From contig JAVLKG010000003.1 in NCBI GenBank assembly GCA_032128875.1, forward strand, positions 97,008 to 161,007: a stretch of DNA of 64,000 bases, read 5' to 3'. Of this stretch, positions 39,027 to 49,854 are shown piece after piece (within the stretch, counting starts at the first letter, position 1; each line of letters starts with the position of its first letter). Source of the stretch: Candidatus Melainabacteria bacterium 17Bon1m. GTDB lineage: Bacteria; Cyanobacteriota; Vampirovibrionia; Obscuribacterales; Obscuribacteraceae. Below the pieces are notes generated by a model, which ran no database searches, had not been told where the DNA came from, and saw only the letters and a program-made list of their open reading frames with translations. The translations under genes and the position numbers were made by a program.

Positions 39027-40571
39027 TTACGCAGAGTTTGGGAAATTTTCCGGGAGTGTCTCTGGGTTGGTTGTCTGTGTATTTTTCTCGCCTTGCCTGG
39101 GAATCCAAAACCAAAACTTGCTGCCCTTTCCGGTTTCGCTTTCGACTCCAATTCGTCCACCGTGCGCCTCTACAAAGACCTTGGCGATGGAGAGCCCGAG
39201 CCCTGAACCTTTCTTCTTTCGGGAGTCATCCTTTTCCACCTGGTGAAAGCGATCGAAGATTTTCTTTCTTTGTTCTTTCGGCACGCCGCGCCCTTCATCT
39301 ATTACTTCAAAATCGACTTTATGTCCTTCGGGTTTTGCAACTATAGTTATCGTGCTGTCTGCCGGTGAAAATTTGATGGCGTTAGTCACCAGGTTGGTGA
39401 TCACCCGCAAAATCCTGATGCGGTCCCCGTACACCTTATCTGCCGAACACTCGATCTTGATTTCGATTCCGGCTCGATCTGCCATTGCTTCCACGACATC
39501 GGCGACCTCGTCCAGCATGTCACGAATGTCAAACTCTTCCATTTGCAGCTTGATGCCCTGACTTTCTGCTGTTTCAAGATCGAGCAAATCAGTAATTAGA
39601 TTCATCAACATATTAATGCTGCGTTCTGCACTGTTTAGCGTGGGCATTGCTTCGTCCGGAAGTTCGCATACGATGCCGGATGCTAATGAATCGATGGCCA
39701 GCACGAGTGAGGAAAGAGGTGTGCGCATGTCGTGCGTAATCATATGGAAAAAATCTTGCTTCAACTGTTGCAGCTTTTCCTTTTCGACTTCTGCACCTTC
39801 GACGTACTCAGCCATTTCGTGGAAGATTCGGTCGAGCTGCGCGAGTTCGTCATTGCGCGACGTTGGAGGCAGGAGCGGTTCTTTGCGTGCGAAACGCAAA
39901 GTGTTTTCCATTAGATGGCTGATGCCGCTGTGTATGCCGCGAATGAAGTAGGTAAAAAGCAATGCGGCCAAGAGAATGCTGATGATGACGCCTGATATGG
40001 TCACGATCATGATCATATTGCGCGCTTCGCTAATTGCTTGTTTTTCTTGCTCTGCGCGCCGTTGCCAGGGTTCTCTGAATGCAACCATGTCGTCGCCCAG
40101 ATATTTGATCATCATTTGTAAGTGGTGAAACTGCACAAGATTGCCGCGCAGACCAGCGATGCCACCTTCAGATAGCGTGGGGTTTTCAAAGTTTTGGCAG
40201 AGGTTGAGTAGAGCATTGGCGCGTGTGCGCATGCGAAGCAGTTTTGGAAGATGCGAGGGATCGTCTTTCTCTAGAAGCTTGGCTAGCGCGTGGTGTTCTA
40301 CGTCTATTTTGCTGATGTGAAATCTGGTGTGCAGATCTTTGTTAGGAAAAACTCTCGTTCCGAAATAACCAACGGTTAGATCCATCACTGCAAGCCACAT
40401 TTCATTGGTGTGCATGATGATTTCATTGGTGTGAATTTGCGTTTGCAGCTTCTTTTCGTAGTCTTGTTGCAAGACGAAAAGAGTGCCTGCGAAGGCGAGT
40501 TCAAACAAGAGCGGCACAGAAATCAGAATGAGACCGCTAGAAAAAATTGTTGGTCTCAAGCTCAATTTCAT
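39027..40571 (-). CDS. Membrane sensor histidine kinase (intact)
   Basis: 2 TM, NDELAQL, THDMRTPL, NLVTNAIKFS, DEGRG, IFDRF, GSGLGL. Confidence 0.95.
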   Translation of the reverse strand: MKLSLRPTIFSSGLILISVPLLFELAFAGTLFVLQQDYEKKLQTQIHTNEIIMHTNEMWLAVMDLTVGYFGTRVFPNKDLHTRFHISKIDVEHHALAKLLEKDDPSHLPKLLRMRTRANALLNLCQNFENPTLSEGGIAGLRGNLVQFHHLQMMIKYLGDDMVAFREPWQRRAEQEKQAISEARNMIMIVTISGVIISILLAALLFTYFIRGIHSGISHLMENTLRFARKEPLLPPTSRNDELAQLDRIFHEMAEYVEGAEVEKEKLQQLKQDFFHMITHDMRTPLSSLVLAIDSLASGIVCELPDEAMPTLNSAERSINMLMNLITDLLDLETAESQGIKLQMEEFDIRDMLDEVADVVEAMADRAGIEIKIECSADKVYGDRIRILRVITNLVTNAIKFSPADSTITIVAKPEGHKVDFEVIDEGRGVPKEQRKKIFDRFHQVEKDDSRKKKGSGLGLSIAKVFVEAHGGRIGVESETGKGSKFWFWIPRQGEKNTQTTNPETLPENFPNSA

Positions 40572-40827
40572 GTTGAGTAAAAATCCGGTGGTTGCCGCGT
40601 TGGGAATTCTTTTGAATTTTGTTGAATTGGTCTGAATTCGTTAGAGCTTGTTTCGATGCTTTTGGTTTTGCTACTGTCGAACTGTTTCTAATCCTTTTGT
40701 CCTTTTGCGATTTTAGCTCAGCTTGCTAATGCTTTCGGCTCTGAGCAATTGAACTTTTTTTCCGCGGTTAACGTCTAAAAATAATGGATATAAGTTTTGG
40801 TAGGACGTTTTCCCTCGAGGGCAGTTT

Positions 40828-41256
40828 ATGAAGGCACAAAAGTTGTCCGTGCTATGTGCGGTCTCGTCTGCACTTTTGATTCTGGTAGAGGCGATGGCGT
40901 TTGGCGGAGCCGGAGCGGCATATGCGCAGAACGCGCCGCAGCCGATGGCTGGCAATGCAGCTGGTAATTCATCTGCCTATGGAGACCTGGGCACTAGAAG
41001 AGGTGGGCGCAAGAGGCACCGCAAACATCGCAGAGGGCATCACCGCGGGCGGCATCAAGGGCGGGGGCACCGTAGAGGCGCACAGGACGGCGCTTGGCAG
41101 AATCACAACCCGTGGGGCAATTCTCAGGGCGGTATGGGCGCAGGGCAAGGACAGGGAAGACGTCATCGTCGGCACCGCGGCGGCCGCAGGCGGCAAGCGA
41201 TGCAGATGAATGGCGGGGGGCAAAACATTCAGCCTGGAGGACAGTTTGGCCGGTAA
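40828..41256 (+). CDS. Secreted Arg/His/Gly-rich basic protein
   Basis: Signal peptide ending AYA; RRGGRKRHRKHRRGHHRGRH tracts. Confidence 0.7.
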   Translation: MKAQKLSVLCAVSSALLILVEAMAFGGAGAAYAQNAPQPMAGNAAGNSSAYGDLGTRRGGRKRHRKHRRGHHRGRHQGRGHRRGAQDGAWQNHNPWGNSQGGMGAGQGQGRRHRRHRGGRRRQAMQMNGGGQNIQPGGQFGR

Positions 41257-41289
41257 GTTTGCTGGCGAAGCGCTAAACTCTTGCGTCAT

Positions 41290-42201
41290 ATGGGCATCTC
41301 AAAAATCGATTTAAAGATACGACCGGTGCGTTCTGGCTTCAGTCTTGCCATGGCAGTCTGCGTGTTGCTGCCTGCGCTAGTGCAATCGCAGCCTGTTTCG
41401 TGGCCGAAAAAAGACTCTCCATTTGCCCCCAGGCAGATGCCTGGCGCGCCATATGGCACACCTAGAGAGGAAGAGGATGTAGCGGAGCCTTCTTTGGATA
41501 CGCCGGCTCCCGGCAAGCCCTTTTTCGAGAAGCCTGCGCGTGCACCTTCTTCGACTATAAAGCTTCAGGCGGGCATTTCCCACAGTGAAGCGCTTGCTCC
41601 TGTCCCTCGCGCTCAGCGCCCAGGTAAAGTCTTCCGGGCAGAGGCGTCCCATGCTCCTGCGATGCAGCGAGTCAAACGCTTCAAAATACCCGATTGGATG
41701 GCAGGTGTCTGGCAGCGGTCTGATGCAAGAGAACTTTCCAGAATTGAGCTTCCCAGCGGCAAGAAGCTGCCACCTGTAGGCACTCAAGTCGCTCGCGTGA
41801 GAGATGTTTTTGGTAGCTATCGTGATGCAAACGGTCAGGTGTGGCAAATCTTCAATCCGTTGAAAGCTGCCGGGCAGGTCGACCGTGGTGTTTCGATGGA
41901 TTATCATCGAGTCCATGGTTACGACCTGGTAATCACCGGGCCAAGAAGTGTAGTCGTTGAAGTCCAGGCGACTCACACCATGGTGAGCAAGGCAAATCGC
42001 CGCATTGCAAAGGTTTATCAGGACGAAGAACTGAATAAGTACACGCTTCTTCCTGATGGCAGGCTGTTGACTGATAGTTCTGTCAAAGCTTTTGACATGA
42101 ATGGAAAGCCCTTTTTGCTTACTAGAACCACATCTTCGGAAATTCGAGTGCCGCCAAAGAATTGGCCGCCGCGCCTAAATAGCGCGTCGCCAAGCCATTA
42201 G
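41290..42201 (+). CDS. Hypothetical exported protein
   Basis: Hydrophobic N-terminal segment, Pro-rich linker, globular C-domain starting FKIPDWMAGVW. Confidence 0.75.
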   Translation: MGISKIDLKIRPVRSGFSLAMAVCVLLPALVQSQPVSWPKKDSPFAPRQMPGAPYGTPREEEDVAEPSLDTPAPGKPFFEKPARAPSSTIKLQAGISHSEALAPVPRAQRPGKVFRAEASHAPAMQRVKRFKIPDWMAGVWQRSDARELSRIELPSGKKLPPVGTQVARVRDVFGSYRDANGQVWQIFNPLKAAGQVDRGVSMDYHRVHGYDLVITGPRSVVVEVQATHTMVSKANRRIAKVYQDEELNKYTLLPDGRLLTDSSVKAFDMNGKPFLLTRTTSSEIRVPPKNWPPRLNSASPSH

Positions 42202-42396
42202 CACTTAACAAAACTGCCCAAAAGCCAAATTTGTTTGCCCTTAAAGAATAAGGATCACCCGTAAGGGGTAATAATAGAAATGAAGCTGCTCGTCCCTCGA
42301 GTGTCTGTTCACGCGCCTGCCATCCCGGAACGTGATGAAACCAAGACCGCAAACTGTGCAGACTGACCGGAATCTCTTATAGGAAAGATCCTGACC

Positions 42397-45300
42397 GTGG
42401 ACTTTTTCAAATCCAAACAAACCCTTCACCGTTATCCGACAGACTTCCTCATTGGCGATTTGCTAGTGAAGGCTGGAGTTATCAGCCAGAGCAAGCTCGA
42501 TGAAGCGATAAAGCTCTCAGGTGCCAAGCACTTGCAACTCGGTCAGATGTTGATTATGAGCGGTGCCATCAATGCCGCGCAGCTGCAGGCTGCTGTCGAT
42601 GCACAATCGCTGGTCAGAGATCGCACTATCGACCTCAATGAAGCACTCAAGGTTTTAAAACAAGCTTGCAAATCTGGGCAATCGATCGCTGATGTAATTT
42701 CCTCTGGGTCCACCAGAGCGGCATCCGGACCCACTAACAAGCTTGGCGAAGTGCTGCTGGAAGCCGGACTGATTAACTCCGATCAATTCTCGAAAGCAAT
42801 GCAGCGCAGCCTGGCAACGGGCTTACCGCTCGGTCGTATTCTGGTTCTCAATAATACTTTGGCAGATGCGATCCTCAGCATGGCACTTGATTTGCAAGTG
42901 CGCGTGCGCGACGACATGCTTACTCGCGAGGAGGCGCTCGACGCTTTACGCAGTGCCGCTGGTATCGAAGGCGATGAAATGCCCGATCCCAATCGTGTTG
43001 CCCAGGCTCAAGCAGCTTTGAAGGCTCCTCGCAAACACGGGGTGCGCATCGGTGAAATGTTTGTTCGCGCTGGATTGCTCACCGAAACAGACGTTATGAA
43101 TGCCTTGGAAACAGGTCTGGCTACCGATCAACTTATTGGACAAGTTTTGGTCGGGCAAGGATTTATTACTGACCAAATTCTCGAAGCCGCCCTCGGGCTG
43201 CAGAAGATGGTCGATGGCAACCATGTGGACGTGGATAAAGCAATTGATACGCTTTCTATGATCCAAAGCCAGGGGATTACGTACGACGAAGCAGTCGAGT
43301 CCTTGCAAATTGAGGAAACACCGACCACAGAAACGATCAGTTTCGATCACATGCTGGTGCTTGCTCGTGTGATGACTGAAAACGAGATCCATGAAGCCGT
43401 TGCGCATGCCATGGAAGATCCGAAGATTGTCGGTCAGATTTTGCTTATGACGGGTCACCTCGAAAAGAGCACTGTTAAAGCTGCACTGAGAGCACATTTC
43501 CTATTGCAGAAAGGCGTAATTTCGCAGGACGACGCCGTCGTTGGATTGGACTACACAATGCATAGCTCCAACAAGCTGTCTTTTGATGGTGCGCTTCAGG
43601 AGCTGGGTTGGGACATCTCGACCCTGCCGAAGGATGAGGTCGATCCAGAAACTCGCGCGATGGAAGAAGCGCGTAAAGATTTTGGTGTCTCTAGTGATGA
43701 TGAACTTACCAAATTCGTCGATAGAGCCAAGCCGGATTCTTCATCAGATACCGGGGAGTCCGAACCCGTTGTAGCCCCGGAAAAGGTAGAAGAGAAAGAA
43801 GAATTTTCGCATGCGACCGCAGACGAGCTACAGGTAATTTCCGGGACATACCAGAAAGTGGAAGGTTCGGCGGAAGTCACCGGCCAAGCCGAAGAAGACA
43901 GTTGGGATGTGCCGGACGATGAAGCTATCAATAAGACAGAACAGACTGAGGAAGCACCCAAACGTTCGCTTTCCGGATTGCTGTCTCATGAGGATCTAAA
44001 ACCGTTAGATGCTGATGAAGTGATTAAGGCTCAAACCAAATCTGATTCCGCTCCACCCAAGCTAGGTGGTAAGTTTGCTAATTTGCTGGGAGGGGACGAA
44101 CCTCCAGCGAAAAAACCTGGTTCTGCTGCCGATAAGGAAAAGGCTGAAGCCGAAAAAGCGAAGGCTGAGAAGGAAGTGTCCGATAAAGCCGCTTCTGACC
44201 GTGCTGCAGCAGAAGCGCTTGCAGAAGAAATTCGCGCTGCTGAAAAGGCGGCTTCCGATAAGAGAGCGGCGGAAAAAGCTGCTGCCGATAAGGCTGCGGA
44301 AGAGAAAGCTGCTGCTGAGGAAAAAGCAGCAGCCGAAAAGGCTGCTGCAGAGAAGCTCGCTGCCGAGAAAGCCGCAGAGGAAAAGGCTGCGGCAGAGAAG
44401 CTCGCTGCCGAGAAAGCCGCAGAGGAAAAGGCTGCGGCAGAGAAGCTTGCTGCCGAGAAAGCTGCAGAAGAAAAGGCAGCCGCCGAAAAGGCTGCGGCGG
44501 AGAAGGCAGCCGCAGAAAAAGCTGCTGCCGAAAAAGCTGCCGCGGAAAAAGCTGCCGCAGAAAAAGCAGCTGCATCAACTCCTACCCCCGTGTCAGCTCC
44601 GGCAGCCGGCGGACTTAAGAAGGTGGGGGCGTTCCAAAGTCTTTTGTCCGAAGAACCTGCAAAGAAAGCAGATTCGCCTGCCGCTGCACCCGCCACTCCA
44701 GTTGCATCACCTGCGCCCTCACCGGCTGCGACCACAGGTGCTCCCGTCGCTGCTCCTATAGCAGCGTCCGCCGCACCCTCTGCGATACCTTCAGGAGCCG
44801 CAACCCCGGCAACGCCGAATGTCGCAGCAGCACTATCTGCTTTGACAAGAGCGCATCCACCCACTTCGGGTGCACATCCTCAACAAACCATTGCGCCTGC
44901 AGCAGCTGCATCACCTGCGGTGGCGCGCCCGGCAGCTCCGGCTGGCGCTCCAGCATCAGGCGCCACCCTTGCTCAACCCCCAGCTCGTCCGGGAATTCCT
45001 GCACCGGTTGCAGCTCCAGGTCTCGCCAAAACTCCAGCCCCAATAGCAGCACCTGGTGCTGTACGTCCTCCGGCGCAACCGGCTCCCGGCGTAGCTACCG
45101 CACCCGCAGCACATTCCGGTGGAGCAAATGGTAGCGGGCAACCGCCTGCGACACCTCGTGTGACACCACCCAACGGGGCGTCACAAACTGCGGCTCCGGC
45201 TGCAGCGATAGCACCACCGCCCGCCGCAGCTACGGGGCAAACCACCGCAGTTAAATCGGAAGATGATGTGAAAGGCGCGCTAAGTGGAGCTTATGCAAGA

Positions 45301-45783
45301 CTTGCCGAGAGCTATTACGACCAGGGCAACTATGCAGAAGCTCTTGGTTTGTACGAGAAAATTCTCGCCGTGCGCGAGCAGGAATTGGGTGAGAGCGATC
45401 CGGAATTGATTTCCGATCTCGCCAATGTCGTGCGTGTGCTGTGCGTGCAAAACCGCTTCGACAGTGCCGAAAGCTACGTTCGACGCATTATCGGGATTCT
45501 CGAGATGACTCAACCGGACGACGTGCAAAAACTTGCGGATGCTCTGAACACACTGGCTCAAATCTACTTCCAGCAAGACAAGTTTGATCAATGTCTGCCG
45601 GTTTTGGATCGTTCAGTCAAGCTCAAGCAGCAAGTTCTTGGCGAAGATCACGTCGACATGGCTGATTGCTACCGCGACTACTCACGTTTGTTGAGAAAAC
45701 TCAATCGTAAGGAAGAAGCAGAGCAGTATTACAGCAAAGCCAAAACGATCTTGGGCAAGGCTCCAAAGCAAGCTGTGGTGTAG
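42397..45783 (+). CDS. Multidomain protein: four MshEN-like units, acidic/AAEKA/Pro-Ala linker, C-terminal TPRs
   Basis: Repeated xGxxLxxxGxI motifs (e.g. [24 protein letters not shown]); kinesin-light-chain-type TPRs ([19 protein letters not shown]). Confidence 0.88.
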   Translation: MDFFKSKQTLHRYPTDFLIGDLLVKAGVISQSKLDEAIKLSGAKHLQLGQMLIMSGAINAAQLQAAVDAQSLVRDRTIDLNEALKVLKQACKSGQSIADVISSGSTRAASGPTNKLGEVLLEAGLINSDQFSKAMQRSLATGLPLGRILVLNNTLADAILSMALDLQVRVRDDMLTREEALDALRSAAGIEGDEMPDPNRVAQAQAALKAPRKHGVRIGEMFVRAGLLTETDVMNALETGLATDQLIGQVLVGQGFITDQILEAALGLQKMVDGNHVDVDKAIDTLSMIQSQGITYDEAVESLQIEETPTTETISFDHMLVLARVMTENEIHEAVAHAMEDPKIVGQILLMTGHLEKSTVKAALRAHFLLQKGVISQDDAVVGLDYTMHSSNKLSFDGALQELGWDISTLPKDEVDPETRAMEEARKDFGVSSDDELTKFVDRAKPDSSSDTGESEPVVAPEKVEEKEEFSHATADELQVISGTYQKVEGSAEVTGQAEEDSWDVPDDEAINKTEQTEEAPKRSLSGLLSHEDLKPLDADEVIKAQTKSDSAPPKLGGKFANLLGGDEPPAKKPGSAADKEKAEAEKAKAEKEVSDKAASDRAAAEALAEEIRAAEKAASDKRAAEKAAADKAAEEKAAAEEKAAAEKAAAEKLAAEKAAEEKAAAEKLAAEKAAEEKAAAEKLAAEKAAEEKAAAEKAAAEKAAAEKAAAEKAAAEKAAAEKAAASTPTPVSAPAAGGLKKVGAFQSLLSEEPAKKADSPAAAPATPVASPAPSPAATTGAPVAAPIAASAAPSAIPSGAATPATPNVAAALSALTRAHPPTSGAHPQQTIAPAAAASPAVARPAAPAGAPASGATLAQPPARPGIPAPVAAPGLAKTPAPIAAPGAVRPPAQPAPGVATAPAAHSGGANGSGQPPATPRVTPPNGASQTAAPAAAIAPPPAAATGQTTAVKSEDDVKGALSGAYARLAESYYDQGNYAEALGLYEKILAVREQELGESDPELISDLANVVRVLCVQNRFDSAESYVRRIIGILEMTQPDDVQKLADALNTLAQIYFQQDKFDQCLPVLDRSVKLKQQVLGEDHVDMADCYRDYSRLLRKLNRKEEAEQYYSKAKTILGKAPKQAVV
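44341..44475 (+). repeat. Three tandem 45-bp units encoding [15 protein letters not shown]
   Basis: Near-identical units start at 44341, 44386 and 44431, within a longer 15-bp AAAEK array. Confidence 0.9.
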
Positions 45784-45790
45784 CTTTTGC

Positions 45791-46369
45791 TTAGAAGTTG
45801 CCGTTAGCGAGCATTCGTGCAATTTGCTTGGGGTTCATCTTCTTCGGTTTTTTGCCGAAATTTTGGCCATAAAAATAGTTGGGATTATTTCCCCAACCAT
45901 TGTTAAAGCCTGAATTTAGAGCTGCATTCAAATTGCGATTCCAATTATTGCCATTCCAATTGCAATTTTGATTGTTGTTCCAACCATTGTTCCAACCGTT
46001 ATTCCAGTTGGCATTCCAATTGTTGTTGCAGCCATTATTCCAGCCAGCGTTCAAATTGTTGTTCCAGTTATTGTTCCAATTGTTTCCCCAGTTATTTCCG
46101 GGCCCACAATTGTTCCAGCCACTATTCCAACGGTTGTTGCGGCGGTGGTTCCAGTTTTGGTTGCCGTTTCGGCCGCAGTTATTGTTCCAATTCCAGTTTC
46201 CGTTCCGGCGACCGTTATACCAACCACGGTGGTTTCCGTTATTGCCTCGGTTTCCATTGCATCCTGAGTTTCCATGGCCACCCCATCCGTGATGACCCTT
46301 AGCTTCAGCGGCTTGTCCAGCAAATGCCAGTGAGATTACTGCCGCGAGCAAGATTGAAGAAACCTTCAT
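45791..46369 (-). CDS. Secreted Asn/Trp/Gly-rich repeat protein
   Basis: AGGAG before ATG 46369; signal peptide ending AGQAAEA; WNNN / GWNN repeats. Confidence 0.85.
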   Translation of the reverse strand: MKVSSILLAAVISLAFAGQAAEAKGHHGWGGHGNSGCNGNRGNNGNHRGWYNGRRNGNWNWNNNCGRNGNQNWNHRRNNRWNSGWNNCGPGNNWGNNWNNNWNNNLNAGWNNGCNNNWNANWNNGWNNGWNNNQNCNWNGNNWNRNLNAALNSGFNNGWGNNPNYFYGQNFGKKPKKMNPKQIARMLANGNF

Positions 46370-46468
46370 AATGAGCTCCTCATATTTCGCGTGACAAAAC
46401 CAAGCGACGACTATCCAAAAATTATGTTCCGGCCACAAGATCACTTGAGGACCATCGCTGAAAACGTA

Positions 46469-46508
46469 AGGCTGCAGACAGTTCCAGCCCCCTGGAAGTC
46501 TGCAGCCT
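46469..46508. terminator. Stem-loop between the two Asn/Trp-rich paralogues
   Basis: aggctgcagac(ag)ttccag-CCCC-ctggaagtctgcagcct. Confidence 0.55.
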
Positions 46509-46551
46509 ATTATCAGCTGATTGATTTGATTGACTTGATTTTGATGGCTGA

Positions 46552-46839
46552 TTAATACCAGCGCGAATTCATCTGCCTATTTATTCTCTTACGGTCTTGT
46601 CTGTCAAAACGACCGTTACCGTTCGTATCCCAACGATTGTTCCAGGCGTGATATCTATGGTTGTTACGCCAGCCGTAGTGATTACCCCTGTTCCAGCGAT
46701 TCCAGTTGTTGTTGTTGTTATGCCAGCCATAATGTCCATGGTGGTGTCGCCAACCATCGTGATCTCGCGCTTCTGCAGCTTGTCCAGCCAAGGCGAAAGT
46801 CATGACAGCAGCGAGAAAAATTGATGCAATTTTCATCAT
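46552..46839 (-). CDS. Secreted Asn/Trp/His-rich small protein, paralogue of 45791..46369
   Basis: Near-identical signal peptide MKIASIFLAAVMTFALAGQAAEA; HYGW/NNW repeats; EF-loop-like DTNGNGRFD. Confidence 0.85.
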   Translation of the reverse strand: MMKIASIFLAAVMTFALAGQAAEARDHDGWRHHHGHYGWHNNNNNWNRWNRGNHYGWRNNHRYHAWNNRWDTNGNGRFDRQDRKRINRQMNSRWY

Positions 46840-47234
46840 CTAACCCTCGTATTTCTGTCTGCATGTTCAGACCGCGCGACGTCTTCTGAGTTCCCAGAAT
46901 GCTTTTGTTATCGAACATTTAGCGGAAACAGAGTTCTTTACATAAGTGCTGTTCGCGTTTGCGATCGATTTTTCTAGTGCTCGGTATTATTGTTTGGAGT
47001 TGTGGTTGAAGTTGTTTTGAGCGTTGCTATATCTTCCGATCATTTTGATTGAACAAATTCAAACGAGCGACGGATAATAAAATTTGTGGTTTTGGATTTT
47101 TTAGCCGCCACTGGCTGTGGTGGCATGATTTTCTGCGATCATATGATTGACGAAACGTCGGGAACATAGGTTAATGCCTTTGTGTCGTAGGGTTCATACG
47201 TTTTTTGTGCGGTTTGAGATTGAGGGAGGTTGTC

Positions 47235-47723
47235 ATGATAAATTTGGTGTCGCAAAAGAAGGCACTGTCTGTGGTGGCGTTGACCGGCATAGTATTTGCA
47301 ATCGTCCCTGTGGCTCCTGCGCTGGCGGATACGACTCTGCAAGGCAGTACTTCGAAGAGTAAGTATCAACAAACGACCGGCTTGAAGGGCTACTTTCAAC
47401 GCCATCCCAAGGTGAAGAGTGCAACAGTAGGTGCGGGTGTAGGAGCCGGTGTAGGTGCAGTCACTGGGCTTATCTCCGGTAAAGGTACTATGCGCGGCGC
47501 AGCAATCGGTGCTGGCACCGGTGTTGGTGTCGGATTGGTGAGAAGCACGCGTTCACTCGACAACCATCCTGTTGTTAAAGACACGGCTACGGGCACATTG
47601 CTTGGGGCAGGATTAGGACTGGCAGCCAGTCGCGGACATGGCAAAGGCAAGAAGATTGCCGCTGCCACCGCAGTTGGTGCCGCGCTTGGTTTGGGCACAG
47701 GGCTGCTCAAAGATAAGTTCTAA
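47235..47723 (+). CDS. Secreted glycine-zipper protein
   Basis: GGAGG RBS; signal peptide ending PALA; GAGVGAGVGAVTG, GAAIGAGTGVGVG, GAALGLGTG. Confidence 0.85.
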   Translation: MINLVSQKKALSVVALTGIVFAIVPVAPALADTTLQGSTSKSKYQQTTGLKGYFQRHPKVKSATVGAGVGAGVGAVTGLISGKGTMRGAAIGAGTGVGVGLVRSTRSLDNHPVVKDTATGTLLGAGLGLAASRGHGKGKKIAAATAVGAALGLGTGLLKDKF

Positions 47724-47751
47724 ATTGCAACTGCAAAGAGAACAATCGTTG

Positions 47752-47779
47752 AAGGGCGGGTAACACCGCCCTTTTATTT
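47752..47779 (+). terminator. Intrinsic terminator between convergent genes
   Basis: aagggcgg-GTAACA-ccgccctt followed by TTATTT. Confidence 0.75.
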
Positions 47780-49625
47780 ATTCAGTTATCTTCAAATCTT
47801 TGAGCGAACCCATGCCCTGGGTGGCTTTGAGACCTTGCTCAGCACCGCCCTGAGGCGTTTGGGCGATTTGTTGAGGTACTTGATGCGATGAGGCTTCGAC
47901 TGCTTCAGGCGTTTGTGGTGCAGTTGGTTTCGCGTGAGCCATCTTGTCACCAGCGGGCTGACTGTGGTGTTGAGGACTGTGGTGAGCGGTTTGAGCGTGA
48001 TGCGCAGGTCCGTGATGTGCCGGACTATGATGAGTCGGACTGTGATGCGCCGTGGTGTGATTTCCGCCAGCATGATGCGCAGCTGGATTTGCGCCATTCG
48101 CATGTGAGGCATCAGCAAGAGTAGAGTGACTTTCGCCGCCAGGCATGCTGAATTTCTGCCCGGGGTGAATCATGCTGGGATTGTCGCCGATCACACTGGC
48201 ATTGCGATCATATAAATGATGCCAATTTTGACCACCGCCCAAATGATCTTTGGAAATGTTCCAGAGGTTGTCGCCTGGCTTGACTGTGTAATCGGCATTA
48301 GCGGTGATCTGACTGTGATCACCAAGGTTGAGTTGATCGCCAGGATGAATAAGGTTAGGATTCGAGCCAACAACGTCGTGATTCATTTTATAGATGTCAG
48401 GCCATTTCGTGCCGTCGCCCATATGGCTCTTAGCGATGTCCCACAGGTTGTCGCCCGGTTTGACAGTATAGGGAGCAGCTTCAGCAGGGTTTTGAGCAAC
48501 TTGCTGACCAGCCGCCGCGTCACCTTGCTGTTGGAGTACTGACTGCTGATCTCCTGCTTGTGGTTGTACGGTTGTTTCTGTGCGCGGCAATTCCATCTGC
48601 TGACCGACCGAGGGCTGTTGTTGATAAGCAGGTTGCTGTGGCATCTGAGCCTGTGGAATATTTTGTCCGCCACCTTGCATGGTGCCTAGTTGAGGTCTGA
48701 ATGCGCCACCGCCGTTGTCGAACGCAATTTGCTGACCTTGAACAAAATTATCGCCACCGCCGATCATCTCGTGCGGATTGCTGAGTCTAGGATCCATGGA
48801 TTGGTACATTGGCTGACCGAAATCGGCATGACCACCGACGTTCAGGTCTGTTTGTGCCATGTCACCGAAGTCCGGGAATTGCGACATAGTATTGTTGCTG
48901 GTTGAAGCCAGCGTGTCGAAACCTGTGAACTGACCGGTCATCTGCCCAGCCATATTCGTGCCCATGGTGTTCAATCCCATTGCGCCGAATTGCTGCCCAA
49001 GAGTGGCGAAAATCGGTGCGTTGGAAGGAAGCATTGAAAGACTCATCGGCATGTGCTCGCCGATGCGACCCAGTGATGAAGCCAATCCAGCGTTGGCATG
49101 ATTCAACCAATCGGCGAAATTGAAAGCACCGATGAAGTCCTGCAATGGCATGAATAGCGCGCCCAGAGCTTCGAAGAAGGAGTTAAGCAGACCAATATGA
49201 CCTGGCATCCGCATGATCAGCTGGATAATCGGCGATATTGGTTCGGCCCCAGGTGTAAGTGCCGCAAGCGCTGCATCGGCACCAGGAGCAAATGCTGCAG
49301 CTTCGGCTCCCGTAGGCACAATTTGCAGTTGAGCCATAGGAGCTGCATCAAAAGACAAACTCTGCGCACTATTGAAGGCGAGTTCGCCACCGGTATTAAA
49401 GTTGATAGCTTGGTTGGAAAAACTCAGAGAATCGCCGCCGAAAGTCTGAAGATCAGGCAAGCCGGCATTACCATTGGGCGCGAAAAACTGATGCGCCGCT
49501 CGGACATCGAGAGGTTGGGAAAGACTTTGGTTGACGTTTTGGAAAACTTCACGGCCGGAAAATTGTCCGGCTTTCATGCCTTCACTAAGTCCGTCTCCAA
49601 AATTTGGAATATCAGGTGCAGCCAC
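47778..49625 (-). CDS. LysM peptidoglycan-binding protein (two LysM domains, His-rich tail)
   Basis: YTVKPGDNLWDIA..W..IY..N...IHPGD and YTVKPGDNLWNIS...IHPGQ; HHSP/HHGP repeats; no signal peptide. Confidence 0.9.
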   Translation of the reverse strand: MAAPDIPNFGDGLSEGMKAGQFSGREVFQNVNQSLSQPLDVRAAHQFFAPNGNAGLPDLQTFGGDSLSFSNQAINFNTGGELAFNSAQSLSFDAAPMAQLQIVPTGAEAAAFAPGADAALAALTPGAEPISPIIQLIMRMPGHIGLLNSFFEALGALFMPLQDFIGAFNFADWLNHANAGLASSLGRIGEHMPMSLSMLPSNAPIFATLGQQFGAMGLNTMGTNMAGQMTGQFTGFDTLASTSNNTMSQFPDFGDMAQTDLNVGGHADFGQPMYQSMDPRLSNPHEMIGGGDNFVQGQQIAFDNGGGAFRPQLGTMQGGGQNIPQAQMPQQPAYQQQPSVGQQMELPRTETTVQPQAGDQQSVLQQQGDAAAGQQVAQNPAEAAPYTVKPGDNLWDIAKSHMGDGTKWPDIYKMNHDVVGSNPNLIHPGDQLNLGDHSQITANADYTVKPGDNLWNISKDHLGGGQNWHHLYDRNASVIGDNPSMIHPGQKFSMPGGESHSTLADASHANGANPAAHHAGGNHTTAHHSPTHHSPAHHGPAHHAQTAHHSPQHHSQPAGDKMAHAKPTAPQTPEAVEASSHQVPQQIAQTPQGGAEQGLKATQGMGSLKDLKITE

Positions 49626-49854
49626 TAGTAAATATTTCTCTGACCCAGCCTAATATTTGTACTTTAGGTACCAGGGGATGTCAAGTTAACAATTTTGTGC
49701 ACTGGCGGGCGTTAGCGGGCACGAAAGTGGCAGTTTTTCGGTGTTTTCCGGAGCGATTTAGGGGGTAGCCCGGAGTAACACCTCGTGACGGGCGTCGCTA
49801 TGGGGACTTTGGCTCGGACTCTAATGCGAGGCAATCCTCAAGTGTCGCCAGGAT

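Noticed and set aside
42256-42272. TCACCCGTAAGGGGTAA operator-like palindrome
   Set aside because: Fits the local consensus less well and precedes a gene with no metal link; worth rechecking only in a genome-wide scan.
44031-44864. Repetitive AAAFS ORF on the minus strand and other-frame repeat ORFs
   Set aside because: Mirror of the AAEKA repeat in 42397..45783.
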